A stretch of DNA of 57,984 bases from Candidatus Jorgensenbacteria bacterium RIFCSPLOWO2_01_FULL_45_25b (GCA_001781035.1 MFKK01000037.1:1-57984); one strand, 5' to 3'. Shown: positions 10,201 to 18,142, numbered from the stretch's first letter. A program made the numbers and translations. Notes: generated from the sequence alone by a model not told the origin.

Positions 10201-10326
10201 GCACTTTTGCAGTGTTTAGAAAACAATCGGGAAAAGCTCGCGGCAGCAAAAGTGAGGCTTGAAGAATACGAGCGAGAGGAAAAGCCGATACCTGGCTCCC
10301 CAATTCTTCCAGAATACGAAGGATAA
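7231..10326 (+). CDS. Caspase-like (peptidase C14) domain fused to Ski2/Hel308-like SF2 helicase
   Basis: C14 dyad motifs FAFSGHG and ILDCCFSGG. Helicase motifs APTSAGKT, LPLKAL, TYEKF, VDEVQ, LSAV, ATTTLAMGVNTP and AGRAGRLG. Confidence 0.85.
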   Translation: MPKLHGVFIGIDRYASPAINWLSCARRDATALHALFADNLPGDLKLLTDKDATRSTLEKELKSLSQCAPDDIVVFAFSGHGTETHELVTYDTDRAKLSATTISLNQLGEHFSKIPARRLICILDCCFSGGMGAKALQVDVVPRDIPSGEELLKQLSGDGRVILTASLATEKAWEHQKLGHGLLTHYLLEALQGAEEVRKSGKVGLYKLLDYVTTKVIDSAKIFGEEQHPVLLGQIKEEITLPIFKPGKLYKEAFPERDTRKVTPDVQSLSAFGFPDDLLKAWAGSSITTLNQLQVDAINEFKVLDGEHLVVSAPTSAGKTLIGELAALQGVIERKRALFLLPLKALVNDKLRHFEETYGAFGLRTIRATGESTSDDILPLMRGQYDICLMTYEKFSAMILGSPHILDQVSTIVVDEVQMIADKSRGVNLEFILTLLRMRRKQGIEPQVIALSAVIGDTNGFERWLGARLLRRTERPVPLDEGIVRLDGTFRYIESDTGKEKTVQSAQTQFRKGSGQDVIIPLVGKLVKDGKSVIVFRETKSEAQACALYLARNLGLPPAQVAVDNLPNTDPSISSQKLRETLNGGVAFHISDLDAEERRLIEEQFRASSSALKVIAATTTLAMGVNTPTEAVIIAGLSHPGDVPYSVAEYKNIAGRAGRLGYTTRGSSFLVALTPSEEHTLWTNYIQANPEDLHSKFFADNTDPRSLVIRVLVAVRSRRGLTADEIVEFLEESFGSFQEKIKNPAWAWDKNQITAAIEELRTHRLIEQDKDGFYHPTPLGRLAGESGLEVESVLRVVSALQGIQQADISDPALIALTQVTVELDQVLFPLNKRSTQKEPQTWMTEVRNQRIPGNIINAFHRSIQDQTDATRRAKKAVACLLWITDKPLVEIENVLMQFDRADTAAGAIRSVSARVCDVLSTVARIAELLNPGFDLAARVERLLVRLEIGIPAGVVELGSIFGRVFNRGDYLCLMKNGITTKEAFEAAKEDALLQCLENNREKLAAAKVRLEEYEREEKPIPGSPILPEYEG

Positions 10327-10388
10327 AAAGGTTCCCAGGCAAAAAGCATCAACTTGAAGGCCACGAAGAGTTCAAACCATAACATTTT

Positions 10389-10898
10389 ATGGATGTAACT
10401 TATATAAAACATAGACTTGATTTATATGTCGGCTCCATTCAATACGGTGTAGGTAATTGCAAAAACGCATACGCATACCTCAAACAAAAGAATGATGAGC
10501 TGAATGAAGCGTGGCGCAATGGTACGACGCACAGTCTCAACGAATTGGGGCATCTCGATAAGGTTTTCAAAGATTACCTGATTTTGAAAATTGCGGGTCT
10601 CTTTGACAAACGTGGCGATACGCTATCGCTTTTTAGTTTGCAGAAGTTTCTCCAAAACAATCTGCCCGATAGTGAGGGCTTATTTGCACCTGGCTTTGTG
10701 GAGATTCAAAATAAGTACCAGGACACAATCAAGAAAGTCGTGAAAGTACGACATAAAGCTGTTGCACACACGAGCGATGATTTCCCCGACAACATTCTTT
10801 ACACGCAGGACTTATTGGCAATGCCGATAATGGAGTTTCTGAAAGACGTTGAAAACCTTGCTGCGCAGGTTGGCACAATCACATTTCCAGTGAGGTAG
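10389..10898 (+). CDS. AbiU2-like HEPN-domain protein (putative RNase)
   Basis: LKIAGLFDK...KVRHKAVAHTSDD fits the Rx4-6H HEPN motif. Same strand, 62 nt after the helicase fusion. Confidence 0.5.
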   Translation: MDVTYIKHRLDLYVGSIQYGVGNCKNAYAYLKQKNDELNEAWRNGTTHSLNELGHLDKVFKDYLILKIAGLFDKRGDTLSLFSLQKFLQNNLPDSEGLFAPGFVEIQNKYQDTIKKVVKVRHKAVAHTSDDFPDNILYTQDLLAMPIMEFLKDVENLAAQVGTITFPVR

Positions 10899-11326
10899 AG
10901 GATTTTGCCCCAAAATCTCTCCATCTGGAGACGGCTACCCCAGCGCCCGCGCAAAGTTGAAAATCAAAACACCCCCCATCTATTTTGGGTTTTTAAGAAA
11001 AACGGGCACAAGAAAGACGGGGGTACACCCCGTCGGGACAGTCGCAGCGGTGATACTGTTTGAAATCGGCGATGCTGTTATACAGAAGCATACAGGGTTA
11101 AATACTGATAAGTACCATATTGAAAAACAGGGGGCTGCCAAAACAAGCCAATGTTATGTCAAAAGTTGCAAGGATGCTATTGATTGGTAGGTACGTAATG
11201 AAGCTGTACGGAATAGACCAGGAAATACTATACTACCCGTGCTGACTCCAACGAGAGTTTTGGGATGAAAAACCAGTTAGACGGGTTCTGCCAATAGGTA
11301 CGAACATCGTCCACTACCCCCCGCCA

Positions 11327-12313
11327 ATGCATATTATATTTCCTAAAAAATTACAGAAGGGTGATGAGGCGCGCGTTATCGCGCCCTCACGTTCGCTCGG
11401 TATTGTTTCCGAGGAGGTACGAAGTGTCGCGAACCGGAGATTTGCCGAACTTGGTTTGAAGATAAGTTTTGGCAGGCACGCGGAAGAAAAGGATGATTTT
11501 TTTTCTTCCAGCATTCAGTCGCGGGTGGAGGATTTGCACGAGGCCTTCCTTGACGCGAATGTCGTGGCAATTTTTACGGCCATCGGCGGTTTTAATTGCA
11601 ATCAGTTGTTTCAATATTTTGATTGGAATCTGATACAAAATAATCCGAAGATATTGTGCGGTTACTCTGACATCACGGCTTTGAGTAACGCGATGTTCAC
11701 AAAAACCGGACTTGTTTCATATTCGGGTCCGCATTATTCCACTTTTGGTCAGGAGCTCTATTTTGACTATACGTTGGACTACGCGAAGCGATGTTTGTTT
11801 TCTAATAATAGATTTCAAATTCATCCAAGCATGGAATGGAGCGATGATTTGTGGTATAAAAATCAAAAGACGCGCGACCTTATTCCAAACCGTGGATTCC
11901 TTGTGATAAATGAGGGGAGAGCTTCGGGCAGAATTCTTGGGGGCAACCTTGGTACGTTTAACTTATTGCAGGGCACGGAATATTTTCCTAATCTTAGGGA
12001 TTCTATTTTGTTTCTTGAAGATGACCTTGAGTCATTGCCTCACACTTTTGACCGTGATTTACAGTCGCTTATTCATGTACCCGGATTTGCCGGAGTCCGA
12101 GGGATTGTGATTGGTAGATTTCAGAAGGCGAGCAATATGCCTGATGAGTTATTGATTAAAATTATCAAAACAAAAAAAGAATTGGATAGGTTACCGATTC
12201 TTGCGAACGTTGATTTCGGACACACCGACCCTAAATTCACCTTTCCCATAGGCGGGGAAGCGAATATGGAAATTCTGAACGGGAAAGCGAAACTGGAAAT
12301 AGTAAAACATTGA
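11327..12313 (+). CDS. S66-family LD-carboxypeptidase (LdcA/MccF-like)
   Basis: GYSDITAL nucleophile motif and C-terminal DFGHTDP. Confidence 0.8.
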   Translation: MHIIFPKKLQKGDEARVIAPSRSLGIVSEEVRSVANRRFAELGLKISFGRHAEEKDDFFSSSIQSRVEDLHEAFLDANVVAIFTAIGGFNCNQLFQYFDWNLIQNNPKILCGYSDITALSNAMFTKTGLVSYSGPHYSTFGQELYFDYTLDYAKRCLFSNNRFQIHPSMEWSDDLWYKNQKTRDLIPNRGFLVINEGRASGRILGGNLGTFNLLQGTEYFPNLRDSILFLEDDLESLPHTFDRDLQSLIHVPGFAGVRGIVIGRFQKASNMPDELLIKIIKTKKELDRLPILANVDFGHTDPKFTFPIGGEANMEILNGKAKLEIVKH

Positions 12314-12363
12314 AGTTTTTGTTTTTTTGAGTTTGTTGCTGGAGTTGGTAAACTAGAAATGTG

Positions 12364-13056
12364 ATGATAGCAAAAAAAAGATTGAAGGTTGGTGTTATCA
12401 GGTTTCCGGGTTCAAATTGTGATTTTGACACGCTTCATTTTTTTAAAAAGTTCGGACATAAGGCGGAATTTATTTGGTATAAGGACGTAAGCATTCCGCG
12501 TTATGATTTACTTGTTCTTCCCGGCGGGTTCGCGTTTGGGGATCGTGTATACGCCAAAGCAACGGGGCATTATGATATAGATCCGGGTGTTCTCGCGATT
12601 TCTTCGCCGGTACTTAAGGCCATTAAACGGGTGGTTCGTTTGGGCGTGCCGATTTTGGGTATTTGCAACGGTTTTCAGATTCTCGTAAAAGCAGGGCTCT
12701 TGCCCGGTAAGCTGGTTCAAAACGATTCAAAAAAGTTTTTTTGCGACTATGTTCGCTGTGCAGTTCAGGGCGCGTCTTTTTTTGGCGACCCTTCCATGCT
12801 TGGGAAAACATTTATTATTCCGGTCGCGCACGGGTATGGCAGATATATAGCGTCAGCACGTTTGTTGAATAGATTGCAGAAAAACAAGCAGATTTTTTTA
12901 AGATATTCAACATTTAATCCGAACGGGTCCGCGCTGAATATCGCGGGAGTTTGCAACGAGCAAAAAACTATTTTTGGCATGATGCCCCATCCGGAGCGGT
13001 CGCTTGATGGGAAGTATTTTATGCGCGCAATAGAAACATATGTCGCGGGAAACTGA
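12364..13056 (+). CDS. purQ: Phosphoribosylformylglycinamidine synthase, glutaminase subunit
   Basis: VGVIRFPGSNCD, GICNGFQIL and MPHPER motifs. Confidence 0.9.
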   Translation: MIAKKRLKVGVIRFPGSNCDFDTLHFFKKFGHKAEFIWYKDVSIPRYDLLVLPGGFAFGDRVYAKATGHYDIDPGVLAISSPVLKAIKRVVRLGVPILGICNGFQILVKAGLLPGKLVQNDSKKFFCDYVRCAVQGASFFGDPSMLGKTFIIPVAHGYGRYIASARLLNRLQKNKQIFLRYSTFNPNGSALNIAGVCNEQKTIFGMMPHPERSLDGKYFMRAIETYVAGN

Positions 13057-14584
13057 TATACCAAAGATTCTTGCCGAGGCGATGGCGAGCGAGCATACAA
13101 GCTACAAGAGCACGAAGAAGTTTTTGTCGCGTCTCCATACCAAGGGCAAGTATGTGATACAAGGGCCCGGCGAGAACGCGGGAATTGTTGATTTGGGAGG
13201 AGGATGGGCGCTCGCGATGCGCGTGGAGAGCCATAACCATCCGTCGTTTATAAAGCCATATCACGGGGCCGCGACAGGAGTCGGCGGAATCTTGCGGGAT
13301 ATTTTTACCATGGGCGCGCGCCCGATCGCGCTTTTGGATATTCTTCGTTTTGGAACTGATAGGAATGCTCGTCGTCTTTTGCGCGAGGTTGTTCGCGGTA
13401 TTTCCGATTATGGTAATTGTGTTGGGGTGCCTGTTGTCGGCGGAGATTTGTATGTTGACAGCACATACAATCATAATTGTCTTGTGAATGTCGCGGCGTT
13501 CGGTTTGGTTCGGAAAGATAAGATTATTTATGGCAATGCCCTTACTCCCGGAAATGATTTAATTTATGTCGGCGCGCGGACGGGGAGAGACGGGGTGGGC
13601 GGCGCGCAGATGGCGTCCGCGAATCTTGACGCGCAGGATGAGGCTACTATTCAAGATGCCGACCCGTTTCTTGAGAAGTTACTTTTGGAGGCGTGTTTAG
13701 AGCTTGCCGATACGCCGTGGATTGAAGGAATGCAGGATATGGGCGCGGCTGGACTTTTGTGTTCCACGTCCGAAGTCGTGCTCCGCGGACGCAAGAAAAC
13801 GAAAAAGAATCTTGGCGCGAGAGTGTATCTTAATCGTGTTCCGACTAAGGCGCGAAATATGTCGCCGGTTGAGATGTTGCTTTCAGAGTCACAGGAGCGA
13901 ATGTTAATTGTTGGACATTGCAGACATCGCGAAAAAATTCTTAAGGTGTTTAAGAAGTGGGATTTAGAGGCATGCGTGGTTGGCGCGGTAACGAATGACG
14001 GGAAGTATACGATTGTGTATGACACTCCGCGCAAAAAGAATATTATTTTGCCAATGGAGTTTTCAGATATTTTTCCTGATGTACGAGAGGATTGGGATTT
14101 GACGAGTTGGAAAGCACAAGGTACGAAACACGAAAAAGCCGCGAGTCGGATTACACAAGAGATTTGGCATCAGTATGATTGGATGGTTGGTATTCGGACG
14201 CTTAAGGGTCCGAATAAGTCGGGGCGTTACGCCGTGCTTGATGTGCCGGAAATTGGAAAGGAAATTGTTATCGCGTGGAGCTCGGATGAGGGATTGTCGG
14301 ACAGCGATCCGGCGCGCGGGATTCAACACGCGTTTGATGTTTGCTTGCGTCGTTTGCGTTCTCTTCGCGCGATGCCTCTTGGAATTACGAATTGCCTTAA
14401 TTTCGGGCACCCAAAAGATTCAATGGGCGCGTTTGCAGAAACGATAGATGCTCTTACGAAACGCTGTAAAGAGAAAAATATTCCGGTTGTGGGCGGAAAT
14501 GTGAGTTTGTATAACGCGCACAGAGCGTACTCAATCAAACCAACCCCTGTGCTTATTATGGCGGGGGTGAGGAGACGAGTGTAA
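13040..14584 (+). CDS. purL: Phosphoribosylformylglycinamidine synthase subunit PurL, C-terminally short
   Basis: SEHTSYKS, GPGENAGIVD, ESHNHPS, GAATGVGGILRD and GGNVSLYN motifs. At 514 aa it lacks the last AIRS_C-like domain. Confidence 0.85.
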   Translation: MSRETDIPKILAEAMASEHTSYKSTKKFLSRLHTKGKYVIQGPGENAGIVDLGGGWALAMRVESHNHPSFIKPYHGAATGVGGILRDIFTMGARPIALLDILRFGTDRNARRLLREVVRGISDYGNCVGVPVVGGDLYVDSTYNHNCLVNVAAFGLVRKDKIIYGNALTPGNDLIYVGARTGRDGVGGAQMASANLDAQDEATIQDADPFLEKLLLEACLELADTPWIEGMQDMGAAGLLCSTSEVVLRGRKKTKKNLGARVYLNRVPTKARNMSPVEMLLSESQERMLIVGHCRHREKILKVFKKWDLEACVVGAVTNDGKYTIVYDTPRKKNIILPMEFSDIFPDVREDWDLTSWKAQGTKHEKAASRITQEIWHQYDWMVGIRTLKGPNKSGRYAVLDVPEIGKEIVIAWSSDEGLSDSDPARGIQHAFDVCLRRLRSLRAMPLGITNCLNFGHPKDSMGAFAETIDALTKRCKEKNIPVVGGNVSLYNAHRAYSIKPTPVLIMAGVRRRV

Positions 14585-14632
14585 ACGATTGGATGATTTG
14601 TTTATTGTTGTTATGTGTGGTATTGTATTGAT

Positions 14633-14860
14633 ATGTCGCAGATGAAAAGGCAATTTACCGCCTTGTATAAAAAGCAGGGCAAGTGGTATGTTGGTTGGAT
14701 TGAAGAAATTCCTGGAGTAAACACTCAAGGACGAACGCTTCAAGAAGCGAAGTTGAATTTAAAAGAGGCTTTGAATTTGGTTTTGGAAACGAACAAGCTT
14801 TTGTCCGGCGGAAGTGAGGACAGAGAAGTGATCCGAGAGTCGCTTATGGTTGCTTTGTAG
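14633..14860 (+). CDS. hicB: HicB-family antitoxin
   Basis: YVGWIEEIPGVNTQGRTLQEAKLNLKEALNLVLE is the UPF0150/HicB pattern. Confidence 0.7.
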   Translation: MSQMKRQFTALYKKQGKWYVGWIEEIPGVNTQGRTLQEAKLNLKEALNLVLETNKLLSGGSEDREVIRESLMVAL

Positions 14861-14873
14861 AGATTATTAACTT

Positions 14874-15068
14874 ATGAAGCGAATAGATTTGGTGAAACAT
14901 CTTTTTAATGAAGAGTGTGTTTTATTTAGAGAGGGCGGTAAGCATAGTGTTTTCTTTAATCCTAAAACAAAGAATGTTTCTACGGTGCCTCGTCATAAGG
15001 AAATAAATAGTTTTCTTGCGGAGAAGATTTGTAAGGATTTAGGGATAAGGGAGTTGAAAAAGAAATAA
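14874..15068 (+). CDS. hicA: HicA-family mRNA interferase toxin
   Basis: REGGKHSVFFNPKTKNVSTVPRHKEINSFLAEKICKDLGI is the YcfA/HicA pattern. Confidence 0.75.
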   Translation: MKRIDLVKHLFNEECVLFREGGKHSVFFNPKTKNVSTVPRHKEINSFLAEKICKDLGIRELKKK

Positions 15069-15200
15069 CACAAGAAACCTTTCTATATCTATTGCAAAAA
15101 AATTGCGGATGGGCTACAATAGGGGGATTGTAAATAAGACGCAGGGACATTAGGTCGAGTTTCTCTGTAGAAGCAAAAAAAAGACAATAAAGACAATCAC

Positions 15201-15398
15201 ATGAACGGAACTATCAAAACTCTTACGGATAGGGGATTCGGGTTTATTGCTCGCGAAGGCGAGACAAAAGACCTCTTTTTTCACTCCAAAGAATTGAATG
15301 GTGTCGCGTTTGATGAATTGAAGGTTGGCGATAAGGTCACCTTTGATGTCGTCAACAGCGAGAAGGGCCCGGCGGCGACGAATGTTTCGCGCGCGTAG
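15201..15398 (+). CDS. cspA: Cold-shock protein (CSD)
   Basis: GTIKTLTDRGFGFI RNP1-like motif; 65 aa. Confidence 0.9.
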   Translation: MNGTIKTLTDRGFGFIAREGETKDLFFHSKELNGVAFDELKVGDKVTFDVVNSEKGPAATNVSRA

Positions 15399-15415
15399 GC
15401 TTCACTAAAAAGAAT

Positions 15416-15446
15416 CGCTCCCGCTTTTGCGGGGGCGTTTTTTTTG
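15416..15446 (+). terminator. Rho-independent terminator of csp
   Basis: cgctcccgc-tttt-gcgggggcg followed by T8. Confidence 0.8.
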
Positions 15447-15518
15447 TTTCTGTGGCGTGAGAGTTTGTTGTATAGTTATTGTGGATTCCGTACTTGATAT
15501 GGAATGACAAGTTTTTTT

Positions 15519-15563
15519 AATATTGGGGATGTCCGACATCCGGCGGGATGACGGACATCCTAA
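15519..15563 (+). repeat. 45-nt hairpin/mini-ORF repeat, copy A
   Basis: aatattggggatgtccgacatccggcgggatgacggacatcctaa. It differs from 16781-16825 at 2 positions and has the 9-bp stem ggatgtccg/cggacatcc. Confidence 0.8.
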
Positions 15564-15567
15564 GTTT

Positions 15568-16137
15568 ATGCAAAGAAAAATTAATATTCATGGAAGGGAG
15601 ATTTCTTATGTTCTTCAGACAAGCAAGCGGGCGCGGGCGACGCGCCTTACGTTGTATTCTGACGGGAGGTTTGTGGTTACCGTTCCACAAAGGATGCGAG
15701 ATGGTTTTGTTGAGGAGTTTCTTCTTCGGAAGGCGCGATGGATATTTAAGAAGCTGGAATATATTAAGAGATTTTCGGATAAAACTTTTTTAGGAGGTGG
15801 TAGGAGAGAATTTTTGAAACACAAAGATAGGGCGCTTGCGTTTGCGGAGGAGAGAGCGCGGTATTTTAACGCGAGATATAGTTTTGAGTACAAGAGAATT
15901 ACCATTCGGAATCAGAAGACGCGTTGGGGGAGCTGTTCAAAGAAGGGAGGGTTAAGTTTTAATTATAGAATCGCGCTGTTACCGCAAAGATGCGCCGATT
16001 ATATTATTGTTCACGAGCTTTGCCATTTGAGAGAATTTAATCATTCACGAAAGTTTTGGGAGCTTGTCGCCCTTTCATTTCCCGATTATTTGGAAATTCG
16101 GAAAGATATAAAGAAGCTGTGTATATCAGGTTTTTGA
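15568..16137 (+). CDS. YgjP-like (DUF45) metal-dependent hydrolase
   Basis: RWGSCS and HELCHLREFNHSRKFW motifs. ATG 15568 preferred over 15523. Confidence 0.75.
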   Translation: MQRKINIHGREISYVLQTSKRARATRLTLYSDGRFVVTVPQRMRDGFVEEFLLRKARWIFKKLEYIKRFSDKTFLGGGRREFLKHKDRALAFAEERARYFNARYSFEYKRITIRNQKTRWGSCSKKGGLSFNYRIALLPQRCADYIIVHELCHLREFNHSRKFWELVALSFPDYLEIRKDIKKLCISGF

Positions 16138-16209
16138 CGAAAGATGTTTTTTAGATTAAAAAGAAGATAGAATCGTTCTTCGTGTACCTTATTAACCAGG
16201 AGGAGACTC

Positions 16210-16542
16210 TTGGATAGCTTGGAAAAGCTCTCGTCGCTTCAGTTGAAGCAGATGCGGCATGCTTCTACGCGTGTCGCGAAACGGTACGGTTTACGGCTTC
16301 CGCCGGAAGACTACTTTCTTCTCCTGTCGCTCATTCACGAGGGGCAGGCGGAGTTTGTTTGTCGGACGAAGAGAGGCGGGGTTCTCTACCGCCTTTCTTT
16401 TCGGAAGCACGTTCTTCATGCGTGTTACGATCCGAAAACACGCATGATAGCGACGTTTTTTTCTCCCTTCAGAAAGGAGAGGTGTGTTCGTTTTTCTGGT
16501 GGGAGACGCGCTCGTTATTACGTGTCTCCTCGTTGTGTGTAG
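16210..16542 (+). CDS. Hypothetical protein
   Basis: ORF only; non-ATG start in the track and no recognisable motif. Confidence 0.3.
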   Translation: MDSLEKLSSLQLKQMRHASTRVAKRYGLRLPPEDYFLLLSLIHEGQAEFVCRTKRGGVLYRLSFRKHVLHACYDPKTRMIATFFSPFRKERCVRFSGGRRARYYVSPRCV

Positions 16543-16608
16543 CGTGTGCGGTTTCTCGTTGCCTCGGGTTTTTATCCCGAGGCATACTTTTTGAAATTAA
16601 AGTAAAAA

Positions 16609-16705
16609 TGTTACCCTTCAAACCCCGTAAAGGACGGAAAGTCGCTTTCAGCGACCTCGTCCTACGGGGCAGGCTTCGCATGGGGAATAATATTTTATAT
16701 ATAAT
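16609..16705 (+). repeat. REP/MITE-like element, copy a
   Basis: Shares the 5' end gtta-cccttcaa-ccccg and the 3' end ggggaataatatttta with 21493-21587. The internal hairpin is ccccgtaaaggacg...cgtcctacgggg. Confidence 0.7.
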
Positions 16706-16780
16706 TGAGAATGTTTTTGAGATAGAGTATAAATATATGGATTACATAACTAGTGATAAGTTTTGCTTGTGTGACGACTC

Positions 16781-16825
16781 AATATTGGGGATGTCCGACA
16801 TTCTGCGGGATGACGGACATCCTAA
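16781..16825 (+). repeat. 45-nt hairpin/mini-ORF repeat, copy B
   Basis: aatattggggatgtccgacattctgcgggatgacggacatcctaa. Confidence 0.8.
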
Positions 16826-16867
16826 TGACTGATATTTTGGTGACGGAAGGAGGGTGTCTTGTAACTC

Positions 16868-17215
16868 ATGTATTTTATGATGAAAGAAATTATTTCATTT
16901 TCGGAGTTTCAGAAGCTGGATTTGCGGGTTGGGAAAATTTTAACGGCGGAACGAGTGGAGGGTTCGGAGAAGCTTCTTCGGCTGGAGGTTGATTTTGGAG
17001 AGGAGGTTGGTATTCGGCAGATACTCGCGGGTATTGGAAAGGCATACGTTCCCGACGAGCTTATTGGCAGAGAGATTGTTGTCGTTGTAAATCTTGAACC
17101 GCGCATGATGATGGGACTTCAGAGTCAGGGAATGCTTCTCGCCGTAGACGGAGGAGAGGGGCCTGTTTTGCTTTGTCCTCAAAGAGAGGTTTTTTCGGGT
17201 TCGCCCGTTCGGTAG
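16868..17215 (+). CDS. tRNA-binding domain protein (CsaA / MetRS C-terminal-like)
   Basis: FQKLDLRVGKILTAERVEGSEKLLRLEVDFGEE...VVVVNLEPRMMMGLQSQGMLLA. Confidence 0.8.
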   Translation: MYFMMKEIISFSEFQKLDLRVGKILTAERVEGSEKLLRLEVDFGEEVGIRQILAGIGKAYVPDELIGREIVVVVNLEPRMMMGLQSQGMLLAVDGGEGPVLLCPQREVFSGSPVR

Positions 17216-17602
17216 ATTCCTAAAGAACCAGGAGGTCCCTCTCCCCGCTTAGCGGGGTTCGGGATGCTCGATTTCTTATCCTTCCTCGTCAAAGCGAGGT
17301 TGGAAGAAATCGGCAATTCCTTGATTTCTTCTTTTTCTGTTGGTATGATAAACGGCGTTTTAGGAGGCGATTTATTTGTGAGAACGTAGGGTGTTGTTTG
17401 CACGTTTCTGCAGACAATTCGCACGAAAACACGCTATCAATTTCCCCTGCGAGGAAATTGCGCTCGCTCTCGGTCTCGCTCTCCCTCGCTTCGCTTGGGA
17501 TCCATGCCCGCTCGGCCTGCGAGACGGTTTTCTTAGCAAATTGTCCGCAGAAACATAGATGTTTTATAAAGAATGTTCGCAAATGTAATAATTTATTTAG
17601 GT

Positions 17603-18142
17603 ATGTACGCGAAACAACAAACAATCATTACCGCGCTTATCGCCTTTTTACTTGGATTTATTATTGCCTGGATGATTTTTGGCAGGAGTCCGGTTGCGGA
17701 GGCGCCGATTGAGGAGAGCGAGGAGGCTGGCACTTCTTCGCTTCCCGCTATTTCAAAAAATGAAGTTTCAGAGGAGAAGGCTTCAGTTGATTCCGATGTT
17801 ATTTCAAAGCCAATTGTTTTTTCAAAGGAAGTTCCTGTGGTTCACGACCAGCCGGCTGGCGCTACTGTTCTTGTGAAAGAGGTTGTGTTTGGCAAGCCTT
17901 CATGGATTGTCGCGCGCGAGGAAAGGAAGGGAAGTATCGGCAATATTTTGGGAGCGCTTTGGCTTCCGTCGGGAACGCATCAGAATCGGGAGGTGGAGCT
18001 TCTTCGCGAAACTGTCGCGGGCGGGATGTATTATGTTTTTCTTCACGATGATGACGGAGACAAAAAGTTTAATTCTTCCATTGACCTTCCTATAACTGAT
18101 TCTCTCGGCAAGCCTATTTCTGTGCCATTTAGGGCTTTGTAG
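17603..18142 (+). CDS. Membrane-anchored hypothetical protein
   Basis: N-terminal TM segment IITALIAFLLGFIIAWMIF followed by an acidic linker. Confidence 0.55.
   Translation: MYAKQQTIITALIAFLLGFIIAWMIFGRSPVAEAPIEESEEAGTSSLPAISKNEVSEEKASVDSDVISKPIVFSKEVPVVHDQPAGATVLVKEVVFGKPSWIVAREERKGSIGNILGALWLPSGTHQNREVELLRETVAGGMYYVFLHDDDGDKKFNSSIDLPITDSLGKPISVPFRAL

Larger units (their letters stand above)
2411..11326. mobile_element. Putative integrative island at tRNA-Ser (serine-recombinase type); right border uncertain
   Basis: A tRNA flanks and is overlapped by a large serine recombinase. Compact divergent operons of hypothetical, HTH and defence-like genes follow. The backbone repeat families are absent inside. 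Confidence 0.55.

Noticed and set aside
10957-11190. 77-aa ORF in the spacer at the right end of the island.
   Set aside because: It has a non-ATG start, no RBS and no recognisable motif. The region is more plausibly non-coding island-border sequence. It contains only a small hairpin, gacgggg-gtaca-ccccgtc, at 11016-11034.
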